A DNA stretch of 64,000 nt from Zygnema circumcarinatum SAG 698-1b (GCA_037447605.1 CM074809.1:3710689-3774688), one strand, 5' to 3'; positions 42,014 to 60,398 are shown, numbered from the stretch's first letter. Made by a program: numbers and translations. Notes: a model not told the origin generated them from the sequence alone.

Positions 42014-43402
42014 ATGGGGGAGAAGGATGAGAGGGTCATGCTTGACAAGGAGAGGATCCCACTTGGAGAAGAAGCATTGGATTTCTCGATCCCTTCAGAG
42101 GAAGCTCAAAAAAATGGCTCAGAATTAGCAGAGAAGCTCGACCTCCTTTTGAGGTCCGAGCAAAACGACAGAGCAGGAACCCAAACACGCCACGGAAATG
42201 GTTCGGGGAGGGACATGGCTGCAATCGTAAACGAACCCAATAAGCAGATTATGGGGAGTTACGGTCTAACGGAAACTTCTTCCACAAGGAACTGGCGAGA
42301 ACTCGGAACAGGATTAGCAGATGTCTGTGGGACCCTCCTCTCTTCTCCAAGTTTCGGCGTAACTAGTTCGGGTCAAAGGCTTCAAACAGCGGCTCTGAAA
42401 TTTCTGCAGGCCATACAGGAGGAAGGAAACTACGTAGCTTCTTCAAATGCCTTTTTCGGAGCTGATAGGTCCGCGATGGGCGAAGGGTACTTGGAAATTT
42501 CCGGGCCTTCTTTCTTCTCAAAGGGCGAGACTACTTCTCCCACACCTTCCACTGCTCTACCTCTACCATCTCCTGCAGTAGAACAGAAACAAAGGGGAAA
42601 TATCGTAGCTGGAATACCGGGCTTAAGGAGAAAGAGGCGCAGAAATATGAAGCAGCAGATCGCCCCCGTAGCGCCGTATTCTCAACAAGCAGTGCTTTCG
42701 GACTATAGCTTTGAGTCTTCAAATGTTTTCTATGAAAAAAATCTATTGAAAGTTCCTTGGGGAGGAAACGGATACCATGGCTATCGAGTTACAACGAGAG
42801 CGTCTCCTTGTGCAGTTCAATCGTTTCAAACCCCTCCCTTTAAGCTTCCCTCTGCTCCGCAGGCTCAAGCGCCGCTCCTCTCTCCTCCTTCTCCTCCTAC
42901 TCCTCCTTATACTATTGCTATTAGTGAGCAAATGGGGGTTCCTTCCACCGATGTATGTATGGAAGGAACTTCGGATGCCGGTAACGTTATCTGTTCAACT
43001 CAAGGTGGTGTATGGCAGATTCCCAACGCTGCAATAGGTGCAGAATCTGTTGACTTTATCGAGGATTCGGAGAGAGAACTTTCGAATGGAATGGAAGTGT
43101 CTGGGTTGACCGCGGAAAACGCTCTCCCTTGTGAGCAGATGGAAGACCATTTTGCTGAAATTTTGAGACCAAGTTATGGAAACGAGAGCAGAAGTTGGGA
43201 GGTTTTTGACTCGGCGGCAGTTGTGAACATGTCAGATTTCGTCCCACAAGGTGGGAGTAGTTTTCTTAGGGTCGCAGAAAGTGCTGGAGGGCCTGCAAGC
43301 CCTCTATGTGTTGATAGAACTTGGGGAAGTGGATTAAATGATGAATGTTTTGATCCAAATCTATGTATTAGAAGGTCCTTCGGGAGGAAGGGGGCGAGGT
43401 GA
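42014..43402 (+). CDS. Uncharacterised intronless 462-aa Ser/Pro-rich protein with NLS-like LRRKRRR and a conserved helical motif (family member 1)
   Basis: Long ATG-initiated ORF with non-repetitive composition. The motif NWRELGTGLADVCGTLLSS...RLQTAALKFLQAIQEE is shared with the neighbouring gene. Confidence 0.75.
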   Translation: MGEKDERVMLDKERIPLGEEALDFSIPSEEAQKNGSELAEKLDLLLRSEQNDRAGTQTRHGNGSGRDMAAIVNEPNKQIMGSYGLTETSSTRNWRELGTGLADVCGTLLSSPSFGVTSSGQRLQTAALKFLQAIQEEGNYVASSNAFFGADRSAMGEGYLEISGPSFFSKGETTSPTPSTALPLPSPAVEQKQRGNIVAGIPGLRRKRRRNMKQQIAPVAPYSQQAVLSDYSFESSNVFYEKNLLKVPWGGNGYHGYRVTTRASPCAVQSFQTPPFKLPSAPQAQAPLLSPPSPPTPPYTIAISEQMGVPSTDVCMEGTSDAGNVICSTQGGVWQIPNAAIGAESVDFIEDSERELSNGMEVSGLTAENALPCEQMEDHFAEILRPSYGNESRSWEVFDSAAVVNMSDFVPQGGSSFLRVAESAGGPASPLCVDRTWGSGLNDECFDPNLCIRRSFGRKGAR

Positions 43403-43948
43403 GCTCATAGATTTGAATAACGTTTAGGTTTGTGTCAGAAAACTTGAGAATTTATGAGATGGGTGTACGGCTTTTGAGTGCAGCAACCAGGGAGATTGAG
43501 ACTTGACTTTGTATTGCCCCTTAGTCTTTTTTTAAGCTTGGTGGGTCGTTTTATTTTATGTTTTTTTTTTTTTCTTAATTTGCTTTCATAACATTTGAAT
43601 TACTTATTTACTTCACTCGTCTACACAATCAACGATGAGAGTTCCTTGTCACCACGCTTTCCATCGTAAGCTAGACAAAAAGTTAAGGCTGCAAACCACG
43701 AGCAAAAGATCCTTCGATTTGATCGTTGCCCCCTCAAAAAAGCGAACTCCTTGATCCTGCTTCCTCTTTTGGGAACGTATTTCTTCATCTATTTGTGCAG
43801 AAAAGCGGACACAGACATTAGAAAAAGGACGAGTTTTCACACCGTATTGGATGCACGCAGCACCAGCAGAGTTGTTCCCTGTCGATGCCAACAATTTAAA
43901 AAACAAAATCCACAGAATTTTCACCTATCAATGTTCTAGTCAATTTCT

Positions 43949-46006
43949 TTATCCCGGAGGGCCTGTGCGTTCAAATTTCTCCCCCTGTGTTATCTCCATA
44001 GGGACAGTTTTTTCCTCAGCCTCGTCTCCCCTAGTGGTTTCTTCTCTCCTCTCAGAAAGCAAAAATGAACTCATTGCCTGCGTCTCTCCCAACACTGTAG
44101 GACTCTCTCCCAAATTCGGCTCATCCTGTCCAGGCTTAGACTCAAGGTACCCCCTAAAATAATCGTCTCCTTCTCCCCCCCAGCTACAACTCCCACTACC
44201 TCTCCCCATAGACTCCCCACCTTCAAGGTTAAAGTCCTCAAGCATCCCCACCTCGTGGACCCCAAAAACGTCATCTTTTTCTTCAACTTCTTCTGCGCCC
44301 CCTTCCACCATATCCGCCATAAATTGGAAGATTTCACCTTCCTTTGGATCCATGGCTTCCTTAGCTGGCCTGGACATCCCCCCAGATTCGATATATGTCG
44401 TTTTACCAGCCAATCTCGAGGCTGAACTTGACCCTTCTGGTTGCAAAGGAGCTCCAACAAAAGGTGACGACGAAACTCGTGGTAGAGCAAAATCTGGAGC
44501 TGGAAGCCATGGATTGCTCACGAAACTCACATCCGCCATAGTTGTGGCAGCTTGGGGTGGTCGAAATGGCGGCAAGGAGAGAGAGGGCGAGGTAGAGGGC
44601 AAAAGGGAGGGATCCGATCCTCCCGAAACACTTTGTAGAAAAGTTCCCGAGCGAGGGAGAGAGGGAGCTTTCTCTTCTCTACCTCCCTGACTCCCCTCTC
44701 CTCTCTCTCCCTTAACATCAGACATATCCCTTTGGATGGGTCTCACTCTTAGTTGCGAATCTCGCGCCGATCTTTGACCCCTCGGGAAACGCCTAAAGGG
44801 CAAAGTGGGAGCCCGAGGGGGGCGGGAAGTAGAACCACGAGGAGAGAGAAGGACAGAGGGAGAGGGAGTTGAGAGAGGCTGTCCAGCTCTCGTCTGAGGG
44901 GAATTTGGGTTTCCAAGGGCCCTCCCTCCTGGTACAGAGATTCCCAAGTTGGGTTCTTCTTGTAATGCATGAAGGAAAGCTTGGGCCGCATTCGCTATTC
45001 GTGGGTTGTTTGCAGGAGGAGGGGTTTGGGGCCCGGAAGATAACATGGTAGCTGTGAACGAAGCCAATTGGGCTACCGCATCTCGCCACGGAATTTGTTG
45101 GGAAACTGGAGAATCTATTGCTTCTTGAGGCTGCCACGTGCACAAAAAGAATGCATTAAGCAAACAACGAGAGAGGTCGGTTTTTTACTAAGTTTTTTCT
45201 TTGGAAAAATGAAGGTTCCTTTTTAAGCGAATAGATGAGAAGAGATTACGATTTTCATTACCTAAGCAACTTCAGAGGTAAAAGAAAACGTGCCTGATTT
45301 AAGGTGAGTCTGGGTCTTTTCCGCGGCTTCGTCGCTCCGATTCTTTCCTCCCTCATTTGCTCTTGAGTTGTCGAAGAGGCGGAGGGAGAAGCCCTTTCAT
45401 TTCTGAGCCCTTCAACTTCATCCGGTTTGAGAGCTTCCATCTGCAGCGCTCCGATTTCTGAGAGAGTAATCTCTCCCTATATTGATAAAGAGACAGGGGA
45501 GGGGAATTCAATCACGGCTGCCCTTTCTTTAAGTGTAGTTACATTTCATATCCTCCTCCTTTTTTTGTGCTGAGTTTAAGACTGGCTTACAATACCCAAT
45601 TCTAATCTGCTTTATTGAACCCCATTAGGAGTTTAATCAGCTGCACTGTAAGGTGGTTCTTACCATAAAAGTTTTGCTGTCAGACCCCCTTCTTTTTAAT
45701 TTGGCCGCATTTGAATAATTATAAGAAGCGCACTCGCCCACATTTTAACGGGGATTTGAAAAATATTTTAATGATAACTTTGTGGTTTCTTTCAGTACTA
45801 ATAGCAAAACTTAGCATTCATCCATGGCATTCTGTCGGAGACTCATTCTAACTGCAGTTGAACTTAAGGAAACTAAATAACAGAAGATTGTGAAGAGAGA
45901 GAGAAGGAGAGAGAGAGAGAGTATTATTGAAGATTCGTACCTCTTCTTGAGATTCGTTTTCTGGCCCCTCTCCTTGTGGTTCTTTTTCGCCTCCTTTGTC
46001 GGACAT
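43949..46006 (-). CDS. Uncharacterised Ser/Pro-rich, acidic-tailed protein (family member 2); exons about 46006-45941, about 45476-45294 and 45130-43949
   Basis: A 394-codon terminal exon contains PWRDAVAQLASFTATMLSS...RIANAAQAFLHALQEE, and an upstream exon has the basic stretch KPRKRPR. The model needs a GC-AG intron. Confidence 0.7.
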
Positions 46007-46119
46007 GCCTACGATTAAGGGCTTTGCTCCCACTCCTTTTCTGAAAGAATTAGAATTTAGGAAGGAGAGTGTATGCAATGGATAATGTGAATTTGGGGCT
46101 TTTAGGGACTCAATGGCTT

Positions 46120-46640
46120 CAGGTATTGGAGGAAGGCGGAGGGAGAGAGGAAGGGAGAGGGAGAGAGGAAGGGAGAGGGAGAGGGAGAGGGAGAGGTTCG
46201 GGAGATGGAGAGAGAATGGGGAAAAAATAAGAGAGATATTAGAGAGGAAAGTAGAGGCGTTTGAGAGAGACAGAGAGAGGGAGAGAGCAAGATCCGACAG
46301 AGGGAGAGCGACGGAAGGATGGAAGTGGGCTTTAATGGGAGAAGGGTGATCGAGATGGAGAGAGAGAGAAATGTGTCCTGGTTTTGGTACGTATGAAGAG
46401 GAGGAAGAGCGACGGGAGGAGAGTGTGGAAGAGAGACTAGGGAGGGAGGGAGGGAGGGAGGGATGGAGGGGCAGTGAGAAGGAGAGGGAGGGCGGGAGGG
46501 AGGGAGGGAAGGACAGTGGGAAGGAGAAGGAGGGACTGAGGGAGGGAGGGAGGGAGGGGCAATGGGAAGAGAGGGAGCGAGGGAGGGAGGGAGGAAAGGA
46601 GCGAGGCAGGGAGGGAGGGGCAGTGGGAAGGAGAGGGAGT
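46120..46640. repeat. GA/GGGA-rich low-complexity tract
   Basis: Direct inspection. Confidence 0.8.
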
Positions 46641-47835
46641 GGGAGCGGAGTACGCGGGAGAGGCCGGCGGTTCGCCTTCGCCGGGGCTTCCTCACTGCCG
46701 CGTGAAGTCGTGCAGTTTTGTCGCCACGCGGACGGCGGCTGGGACGGCGGATTGCGCGGTCACGGACTATGACGCCATGTGAACTGAAAATGACGCAAGC
46801 ATGACGCAAATTGGAGATGATGGACCGAAATTTGGGTTTGAAGGTCGCTCGGAAGCTTCGCTTTGGAAGGCACTTGACGTCATCGTATCAGATTGGGTTT
46901 CGATTGGGTTTCTGGAAGGATCAAGTGTCAGGATCGTGGTTGATCCCTGGGCTCCTAGGTGGAATACGGTGGATCTAGCGGACGCGTTCAATGCTGAATT
47001 TCGGGATAGGTAAACCGATCCACAGTGGAGTTTGGTTCAATACTGGGGAACTGTCAAGAGAGAAGATTCTGATCGATCGAATTCCGCATTCCCATTGGCT
47101 GTATCTGAGAGGCAATCATTGTGGGAATCTTGTTCTCTTGTAATCGACGGTTACAAACAAACTACGCAGCTTCCAGGAAGGTGTTTAATTTTTTTAACAC
47201 CATGGGAGGAAATTTCCTCGAAGCTGGCGCGATCTTCTCTCCAGAGTCCAGACCCTCCCTAGTCCCTACAGTATTGGCCTGCCGACTTTGTTTTGTACAT
47301 TAAACTGTACGAAAAGACGCGTTTTTTATTGTACGGGATATTGTACGGTACACGTTATGTACGGTTCATACTGTACGGTCTCAAAAGCTGACATGGAACC
47401 GTACCGTATCGCCTCGGTGGACTTCCAAACAGGGTCGGGTCATTTGGGAAGTTATATTCGAAACGAGTACGTGTCTTGCGTTATAAAATTAAGAGAATGG
47501 ATTAAGAAGTACTATGTTTGAGAAAAATTTGAATCGGGAAGACCATAAGCGTGCCCTCCTCGAGGGGACAACCAATCGCAGCTTTCCACGCTGGACAGAA
47601 TGACCACGTGGCATACTTTCATTGGCTGTTGCCTCCTAAGAACTCTTGGAGGGCCACAAACCTTAATTTGAAGCGCGCTCATCACATCGTAAATCTGAAG
47701 CCCTATCTCCTCACATTGGCTCTCATTTTTTTTTTTTTTTTCTTTTAGAGGAGAAATCAGAGTCCTCTCTAGCACCGGTAAAACAATTTTTTTTATTCTG
47801 ATCTGAACATTAGAGCTACTCCTTACTGTAAATCC

Positions 47836-47952
47836 CAACCCTTGACCTATTCAGAGCTAACCCTAACCCTAACCCTAACCCTAATTCTGACACTGGCTTT
47901 AATCCTAACCCTAACGGTAGCTCAAACCCTGATCCAAACGCTAACCCTAACT
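47836..47952. repeat. Telomere-like/telo-box (AACCCT)n array upstream of the AVT6 gene
   Basis: Four or more consecutive AACCCT units plus degenerate copies, about 200-300 bp before the ATG at 48146. Confidence 0.75.
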
Positions 47953-48145
47953 TTAGATTCTATTTTTTTCCTATTTAACTCGACCCTTACCTTTCGCCCT
48001 AAACATTTTCCCAACAGACCTCTTACCCTGACCTGCCTTTCGCCCCAATCTTGCATTTGATCCAGTCTTCAACCCTAAATCAAACCCCAAATGTTTCTTT
48101 TTCCTCTATTAAATCTTTCTTAATATCAACGTCCCTGACATTGGA

Positions 48146-49171
48146 ATGGATATCGAGCTATCTCGACCGCATTTGCTGCCCCAATCCTCATCTCAGTCAG
48201 TCGGAACCGTAGAAGTACCACCATGCAGACTGGAGAAAAGTCAAAATAGCGGAACTGTAAGCTGCTCAAATCTGTCAGTAGAGACAGCAAGTGCTAATGG
48301 CTCTCAAGACAACGTGCCCTTAATATCTCCAAGAAAAGTGTTTGACTCTGTGGAGAACGGCCATGGATTTGGATCTGCGACTAAGTTGAGCGGAGTTTTC
48401 AACCTGTCTACGACTATTGTCGGGGCGGGGATCATGGCTCTTCCCGCGACAATGAAGGTCTTGGGGGTCCCCTTGGGTCTCACTGTCATTGCAGTCATGG
48501 GCTGGTTATCAGAAGCTTCCATTGACCTTATTATCCGAACTTCAACTCCGAGACAGGCGTGGTCGTACGGAGAGCTCGTCGCCGGAGCTTACGGACGGAC
48601 GGCAAAGTTAGCGCTGCAACTCGCCATTCTCTGCAACAATGTCGGAATCTGCATAGCATATCTCATAATTATTGGTTCGTAACTTTCAATGCCCTTTGAT
48701 TATTCTGCTCAAGTTCTCCCTCAGTCATCGAATGCTTCCGCTATGACTAACTTTGTGCGGAGATCACTCGAAGCCCCGGAAATCGATTTGAATAGGCGCA
48801 CTGGCTCAACACCTCAGAACAGAAGTCGCTTGTCAAAGGTTCAGATTTGCAACTTTTTGGCTGTGCCCGTACACTATTTGCGTGAATGATGATGGAGCAC
48901 CCAAAGGTAGACATTCTCTTTGAAGAAGAGAGGGAGGGGGCCCTTCATTCACTCTCGCAGCAGGGTGTTGTGTCAGCGGACGTACTTTCGGGGACGGTTG
49001 CGGGAAGCGGAGACCGCCACATGGGACTGCTTGAGGAGTGGGCGGGGGGAGGAAACTTCTGGACATCTCGAGCAGTGGTTCTATTCATCACTTATGTCTT
49101 TGTTCTCTTTCCGCTAGTTGCACAGAAGCATGTTGGTAAGCGGTGCAACACACTCTCTCTCTTTGTTCCCC

Positions 49172-49209
<38 letters not shown>

Positions 49210-50533
49210 CACGCTTTCCCTTGATCAGTATATACATTCTTACTCAAAAGGTAAGCTTGTTTGATCTTTGTTCCAACTTGCAGAGTCTCTTCAGTTCACA
49301 TCAGCAGTGTCTATCGCCCTTGCCATCCTCTATCTTGTCATCACCATTGCCGTTTTCCTCGTCAAGCTTGTGGGCGGCCAAATTGGCACACCGCGGATGC
49401 TGCCGGATGTCAGCTCCTCCGCAGCCATTCTCAAATTATGCTCCATTATTCCGGTACGTCTGTAGTAAGGCTTTGTGCTTTAACGGGACGAAGAGGACGA
49501 ATCGTTGCCTACCCTGCTCAGCTATGCAATGATTTTGATCATCTCCTCAAACTCTCGCAAGCTGTTGAAAGTTGCGTCGCGTTCGTCCTTTTCCAGGTAA
49601 TGTCCAATGCCTTCATCTGCCATTTCAACGGTGAGTGCCCCCGTCAGGACAACACTCCAACCCTTCGTTTGAACGTTTCTTTTTCGCAAAGACAAACATA
49701 ACTTACGCTTCCCAGTCATTTCCAACTTGGAAAACTTGGTGATGCAGTCCCCCCCCCCCTGATCCTTTGCAGTTCACCCAATTTGGGTCGAGATGAAAGA
49801 CCGCTCTGAATCAGCCATTCGACAAGTCGCCAAAACCTCCCTTATCCTCTGCACCTCCCTCTACTTGGCGGCTGCCCTTTCTGGCTACCTTCTCTTCGGA
49901 GAAGAAACTTCCTCCGACATTTTAGCCAACTTCGATGCCGACCTAAACCTTTCGGGCAGCCGCAGCCTCACCGTTGTGGTCCGCATCGGTTACGCGCTGC
50001 ACGTGGTGCTCGTATTCCCGCTCGTGCACTTCGCGCTGCGGGAGAATGTGGACAATTTGGTCTTCCCCGAGGCAGGGCCGCTGGTGGGGGACACGCGGCG
50101 CTTCTGGGCGACGACAGGTGTCCTCATGGGGGCCATCTTTGTGGGGGCGGCGGTCGTGCCGAACATTTGGATCGCGTTTCAGTTCACGGGGGCCACGTCG
50201 GCGGTCGCGATAGGGTTTCTTTTTCCTGCTCTCGTCGCGCTAAGGTGAGGGTGTTCCCCCAAGCAGAGGCTGAGAAGAGGGGTCTCCCTCCCTCCCTCCC
50301 TCGCTTTCCTTCTCAGTCCTGAAATTCGACCAGTATGAATTCACAACTGTAGAGTGTTTGCTGTTGTGAATTTGCTGAAATGACGTTTTTTTTTACTGAG
50401 TGATGGTTGCAGGGACAAGTCGGGCGCCATTTACCCGACAGAGCGACTTCTGGCGCGTTCCATGCTCGTGTTGGCAGTTGCGGTGTCCGTCACGGGGGTG
50501 TTCAGTTCCGTTGTGGGTCTAATTGGAGGGTAG
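48146..50533 (+). CDS. Amino acid transporter AVT6-like (AAAP/SLC38 family); exons approx. 48146-48673, 48977-49135, 49283-49452, 49597-49630, 49773-50244, 50413-50533
   Basis: GVFNLSTTIVGAGIMALPATMKVLG; NNVGICIAYLIIIADVLSG; HMGLLEEWAG; SLQFTSAVSIALA; VMSNAFICHFNVHPI; GYLLFGEETSSDILANFD; PNIWIAFQFTGAT. Confidence 0.93.
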
Positions 50534-51315
50534 GGTGTGGTTCAACCTCGCGTGCTCCTTGCGTTGGCATTGAACAAATCTAGGACCAAAATGAAATTGA
50601 CGCCCACTATGACATGCTAGGAACCAGTTTTGTTCTTGTATCAATAACTTTATTTAAATTTTTTTTTTGAACTGTTGAACACTTGTTGCCTGAAGTGGTG
50701 AATGTTGCCACTCGTGAGAGTTCATGTTGTGCCCGCCCCACAAAACGCGCTCATGTTGGTGTCTCTAGCCAACATGGTACTACTGTGCGATCACAACATG
50801 GTGCCATGCCATGTTGCAACATGGAACCACAACATGCCATCGACTGAAAGTCGTCGATTCTGCTATCCGTGCGTTTTGTCGCCATGCGGACACCGCCGAT
50901 CACCGTTGGTCATTATTGAGCGTCATTTTGTCAGTAGTCTCACACGTGTGGCATCTTTGGCATTCATAATGGACTAGTCTATTGCCACAACCGACAGTTG
51001 CCATACAAGCCGTTCTCCAAGGACGCCCGTACAAAAACGGAAATAACGGCCTCCAAGCCGGAAAAGTACCGGTCCCGCCGCTCCGTACATGACTATCCGC
51101 CCAAGCGAACGTTGCGTTCGATACGGTTAAAATTCGTACAAAATTGTACGGCGTTTTAGTTCTTTCGTACGGTTGTGGTACCGGCGAAATGAAACCGAAA
51201 CCGCGGCCCTCCCGCGGGCCGTCGTCGCGGGGCCGCGGGAAAGGGGCCTTTGGCAGAAAGGGAGGGGGGGGAGGGGGAAAGGTATTAGGGTTGGAGCTCC
51301 TGCAGGAGGGCAGCC

Positions 51316-57084
<5,769 letters not shown>

Positions 57085-57845
57085 AGCTCCGAGGTCGGCT
57101 GCTTTGTCTTAAACGAAAGAGACCTCAGGTCGAGTTTTCCCCGATTTTTTCGCTGATAAAAAGTATAAAACCTCAAGAATGTCCCCTCACTGGGTCGCGG
57201 AGGTGCGCTCGCTGCAATGGAAGCTCCGTTCTGGGGAGCCCTCCTCGTGGTTTCGAGGCGATGGAAGAAGGAGGGGCTGCTTTAGGGCCCACGTGTGGGG
57301 CCGCCTCGTGTTGCCATGCATGCATGCATGCATAACCAATACAACCGTACCGGTTATTGTTAACTGTACAATAACCATGTGTGGGAGGCGGGGCCGCCTG
57401 TGGGGGCAAATCATAAAAGGATTGAATTCAAATCAATTCCATGGCCCCCCTCACCTCGCTCCTTTCTCTCCCCCTTTTTGTCCCCTTTGAAAAGAATGGC
57501 CGTTGATATCACGATGATGGCATCAAATGTGGGTGGGAAAAAAGCAACATGGGGAACCACGAGGAACCAACAACCGCTCGCAAAAGGACGAAAGGAAAGA
57601 GCTGTGAGCTGAAATGTGGGTCTGAAATCCTATTCCTTGGGATGGCATCCATGGCCATGGCCATGGTATGGCCATGTAGTGGGAGCCATGGCTCACTCCT
57701 TGTGTGCAAAAAGCGAACCACATGGAAGCGTCAAGATCGACTGCTGTTAGCTCGGACGGTCACGTTATCCGGAGGCGTTGCTCACAAACTTGCTGACGTT
57801 ATGAAACTAGTTTTCTACAATCTAAATGAAGTCATGAAGTACATA

Positions 57846-58968
57846 CAGTAGGACCCCATCATATTTTCCACCTCAACATTTGCGTCACCAATAAATTCGC
57901 ACCAATTTTGTCGAAACCACTTTTTTGTACGGTAACTTCGTGTTAGCCGTACAATTCGTACTATCCGTACCCTTAAAACCCTAAATCCCGTACTATTCGT
58001 ACTAAACGTACTAGCCGTACTAGCTGTACTAGCCGTTACAGGCTTACGCAAAACTCACCTAATCTCTCCGCACGTGCCGCCGTAAGAGGCGCTCGCTATT
58101 CTCCCCGTTCTTCTTGGCTTCGATACGATACGATACGATACGATACTTTCCGATACGGTGTTGTCCGTACTAGCCGTACGAGCTGTAGTAGCCGTTACGG
58201 GCTCAAATTCAAACGATACGATACGATGTGGTACGATATGTTATAAAACGATACGATACGATGCGTACGGACCTACATGAACTCTAACATAATTTCGCTC
58301 GCCTATTTGGGGACGTCGTATTGCCTGATCCGACTCGCCGTGCTTTGTTATCCCGTGCCGCACACCACGAGGGCGTCGCTGCCCGAGATGCGGCCCTTCG
58401 TAAGGAGCGCACGTATGCTCACCGTGACTCGGCCGATGAGTTTGTTCCATTGGCGGTCGAAATTTTTGGCTGCCTTGATGCTCGGTTGGAAGTCTTCCTT
58501 CGCCAGTGCGCCCATCGCTCCTTTGAGATGCACGGCCCCGGAAGCCCTCCCCCAGCGATCCTTACAACTTTTTATCGATAGCGCATTTCCGTCGCCTTAC
58601 AGCGGTGTCTTGCTTCCACGATCCTTCGACGTGCCGCAGTTGTTGGGACCCGTCCCGGTGGTCTTCCGCCCCTTCCCGCGCGTACTGCGCCCCACATTGG
58701 CGACCTTCGCGGCTGCTTCTAGTGCCGTGTTGTTGCGCCTAGAAGTTGATTTCCGTTTCCAAGCTTTCTCTCTGTCCTTATGTCCGTTGTGACCGCTTCT
58801 TTTGGTTCCTCATGTCGACTTTCTCCTTGTACATTTGATGGCCTTGCCATCGTGAGTTCAATCAAACATCTTTTACCTATTTGTAACACGGACCTTATAT
58901 TTGCCAAATACAATATTTTCGCCCGATATTTGCCAAATGTAGGTGGAAAATATGACGGGGTCCTACTG
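57846..58968. mobile_element. MITE copy 2 (inverted relative to copy 1), interrupted by a LINE fragment
   Basis: Same 28-bp TIRs (one mismatch in the right TIR) with TA flanks at 57844-57845 and 58969-58970. The internal sequence is collinear with the reverse complement of 40480-41068 except for the 58310-58875 insert. Confidence 0.9.
58310..58875 (+). mobile_element. 5'-truncated, degenerate non-LTR retrotransposon fragment (CRE-like, restriction-like endonuclease C-terminus) with 8-bp TSD CCTATTTG
   Basis: Translates DVVLPDPTR...GVAARDAALRKERTY...FVPLAVEIFGCL...FYR*RISVALQR, the REL-domain tail typical of CRE/early-branching LINEs, with an in-frame stop. TSD at 58302-58309 and 58876-58883. 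Confidence 0.85.
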
Positions 58969-60398
58969 TACTTTACAACTTTGCCGACGTCAGTAATTTC
59001 GTACAGTTCGTACGCATGGGCATGGTCAACGCCAACCTGGCGAGGTCGTTCATTTTGTACAACACGCGATTCACGCGTGGCAATTACCGTACGGCACCAT
59101 TGAACAAATGGTCGGTGCCGCCCTGTCGTGGCAGAAACTGACACGTGTGACACCGATCAAAGTGTCAGGTCCTAGGTTCCGTACTCCGTACGAAGCAAAA
59201 GAGACGGCCCTTGCTGACGTGCTTTATGATTTGGTGCCAGCGTCAACAGTAAGACACGTGGCAGGCCTCATGCCGCCATAGGCTGGCAGGGCCACATGGG
59301 CCGTCGGACGCGCACTTTTCCGTACGGACGGACGACCCGCAGCGCCGGACACCCGTAGGATCGAATCTTGTCGAGTGCGATGACACTAAAATACATGACG
59401 CGTGTCCTCCGCAAATTACGACAGATTTTTGACACACTGTTCGTAGGCCGTACGGAATGGATCTGGCCGGCATTTTGGAACCGCATTTTTTTTTGTGGTG
59501 GGAAGTCCGCCCTTATCCAAATGGACCCGGCGCCAACGGAACGATCTGATTGGCTCTCGGAATTTTTTTGTCGTCAAGAATGGAAAACGTTTGGATAGAA
59601 TCAGTTGTGAATTAGTTTCTTCATTCCTAGTCCTTAAATTGAAGATGATTTTTGAAAAGCGCAAAAAAATGACGCCAAAAAGCGAAATTTGAAGGAGATC
59701 AAACAGGATTTTAGATGGCGGGTTTTCGAATATTCCGATTTTCTTTTTGGAAGGTTCCGTCGACCTAACGAAAATTTATAAAAACCGTTCTCGTCTCCAG
59801 GTGCTCGGTTTCGATTGGCTGAAAAATCGTCAATCTTATGAGCAAATACGACAAAAACATCGTACACAAGACCGTCTAGTTTGTCTCTTTTCTAGTACGA
59901 CAAACCTGAAAACAAACAACTCCCGTTGCTGACGACCATGTGTCATCGATGACGTCATGCATAGGTCGGTGCCGGCAGGTCCCAACAGTGCAGTTCGAAC
60001 TCATGAGTCCGTACGGTCGAATATTTGTCGTCGAAGAAGGCGACAGATATTTTCCGGCTGGTTGTACCGTCCGTACATGCCTAGTTAATCCGCTGACGTC
60101 ATGGTGGTTCAGAAGTGTGATACCGTACAATTTACGTCCATTCCGGTTCCGACGCCTTCACCGCGGCGACCTCGGCGACGTCGTGAACGGAAAGAGGGAC
60201 CGTGCACGGAGTCCTTCTCAGAAGGGAGATAGGAAAGCGCGGGAGAGGGACAGAGAGAGGGGAGAGTGGGGGGAGAGAGAGGGGAAGGGAGAGAGAGAGG
60301 GGGAGAAGGGGGGTAATTGAAGGAGGGGGGAAGAGTGAAGGAGGGGAGTTTAGAGAAAGGGGAGAGTGGGAGAGGGGTAGGGAGACACGTGAGAGGCC

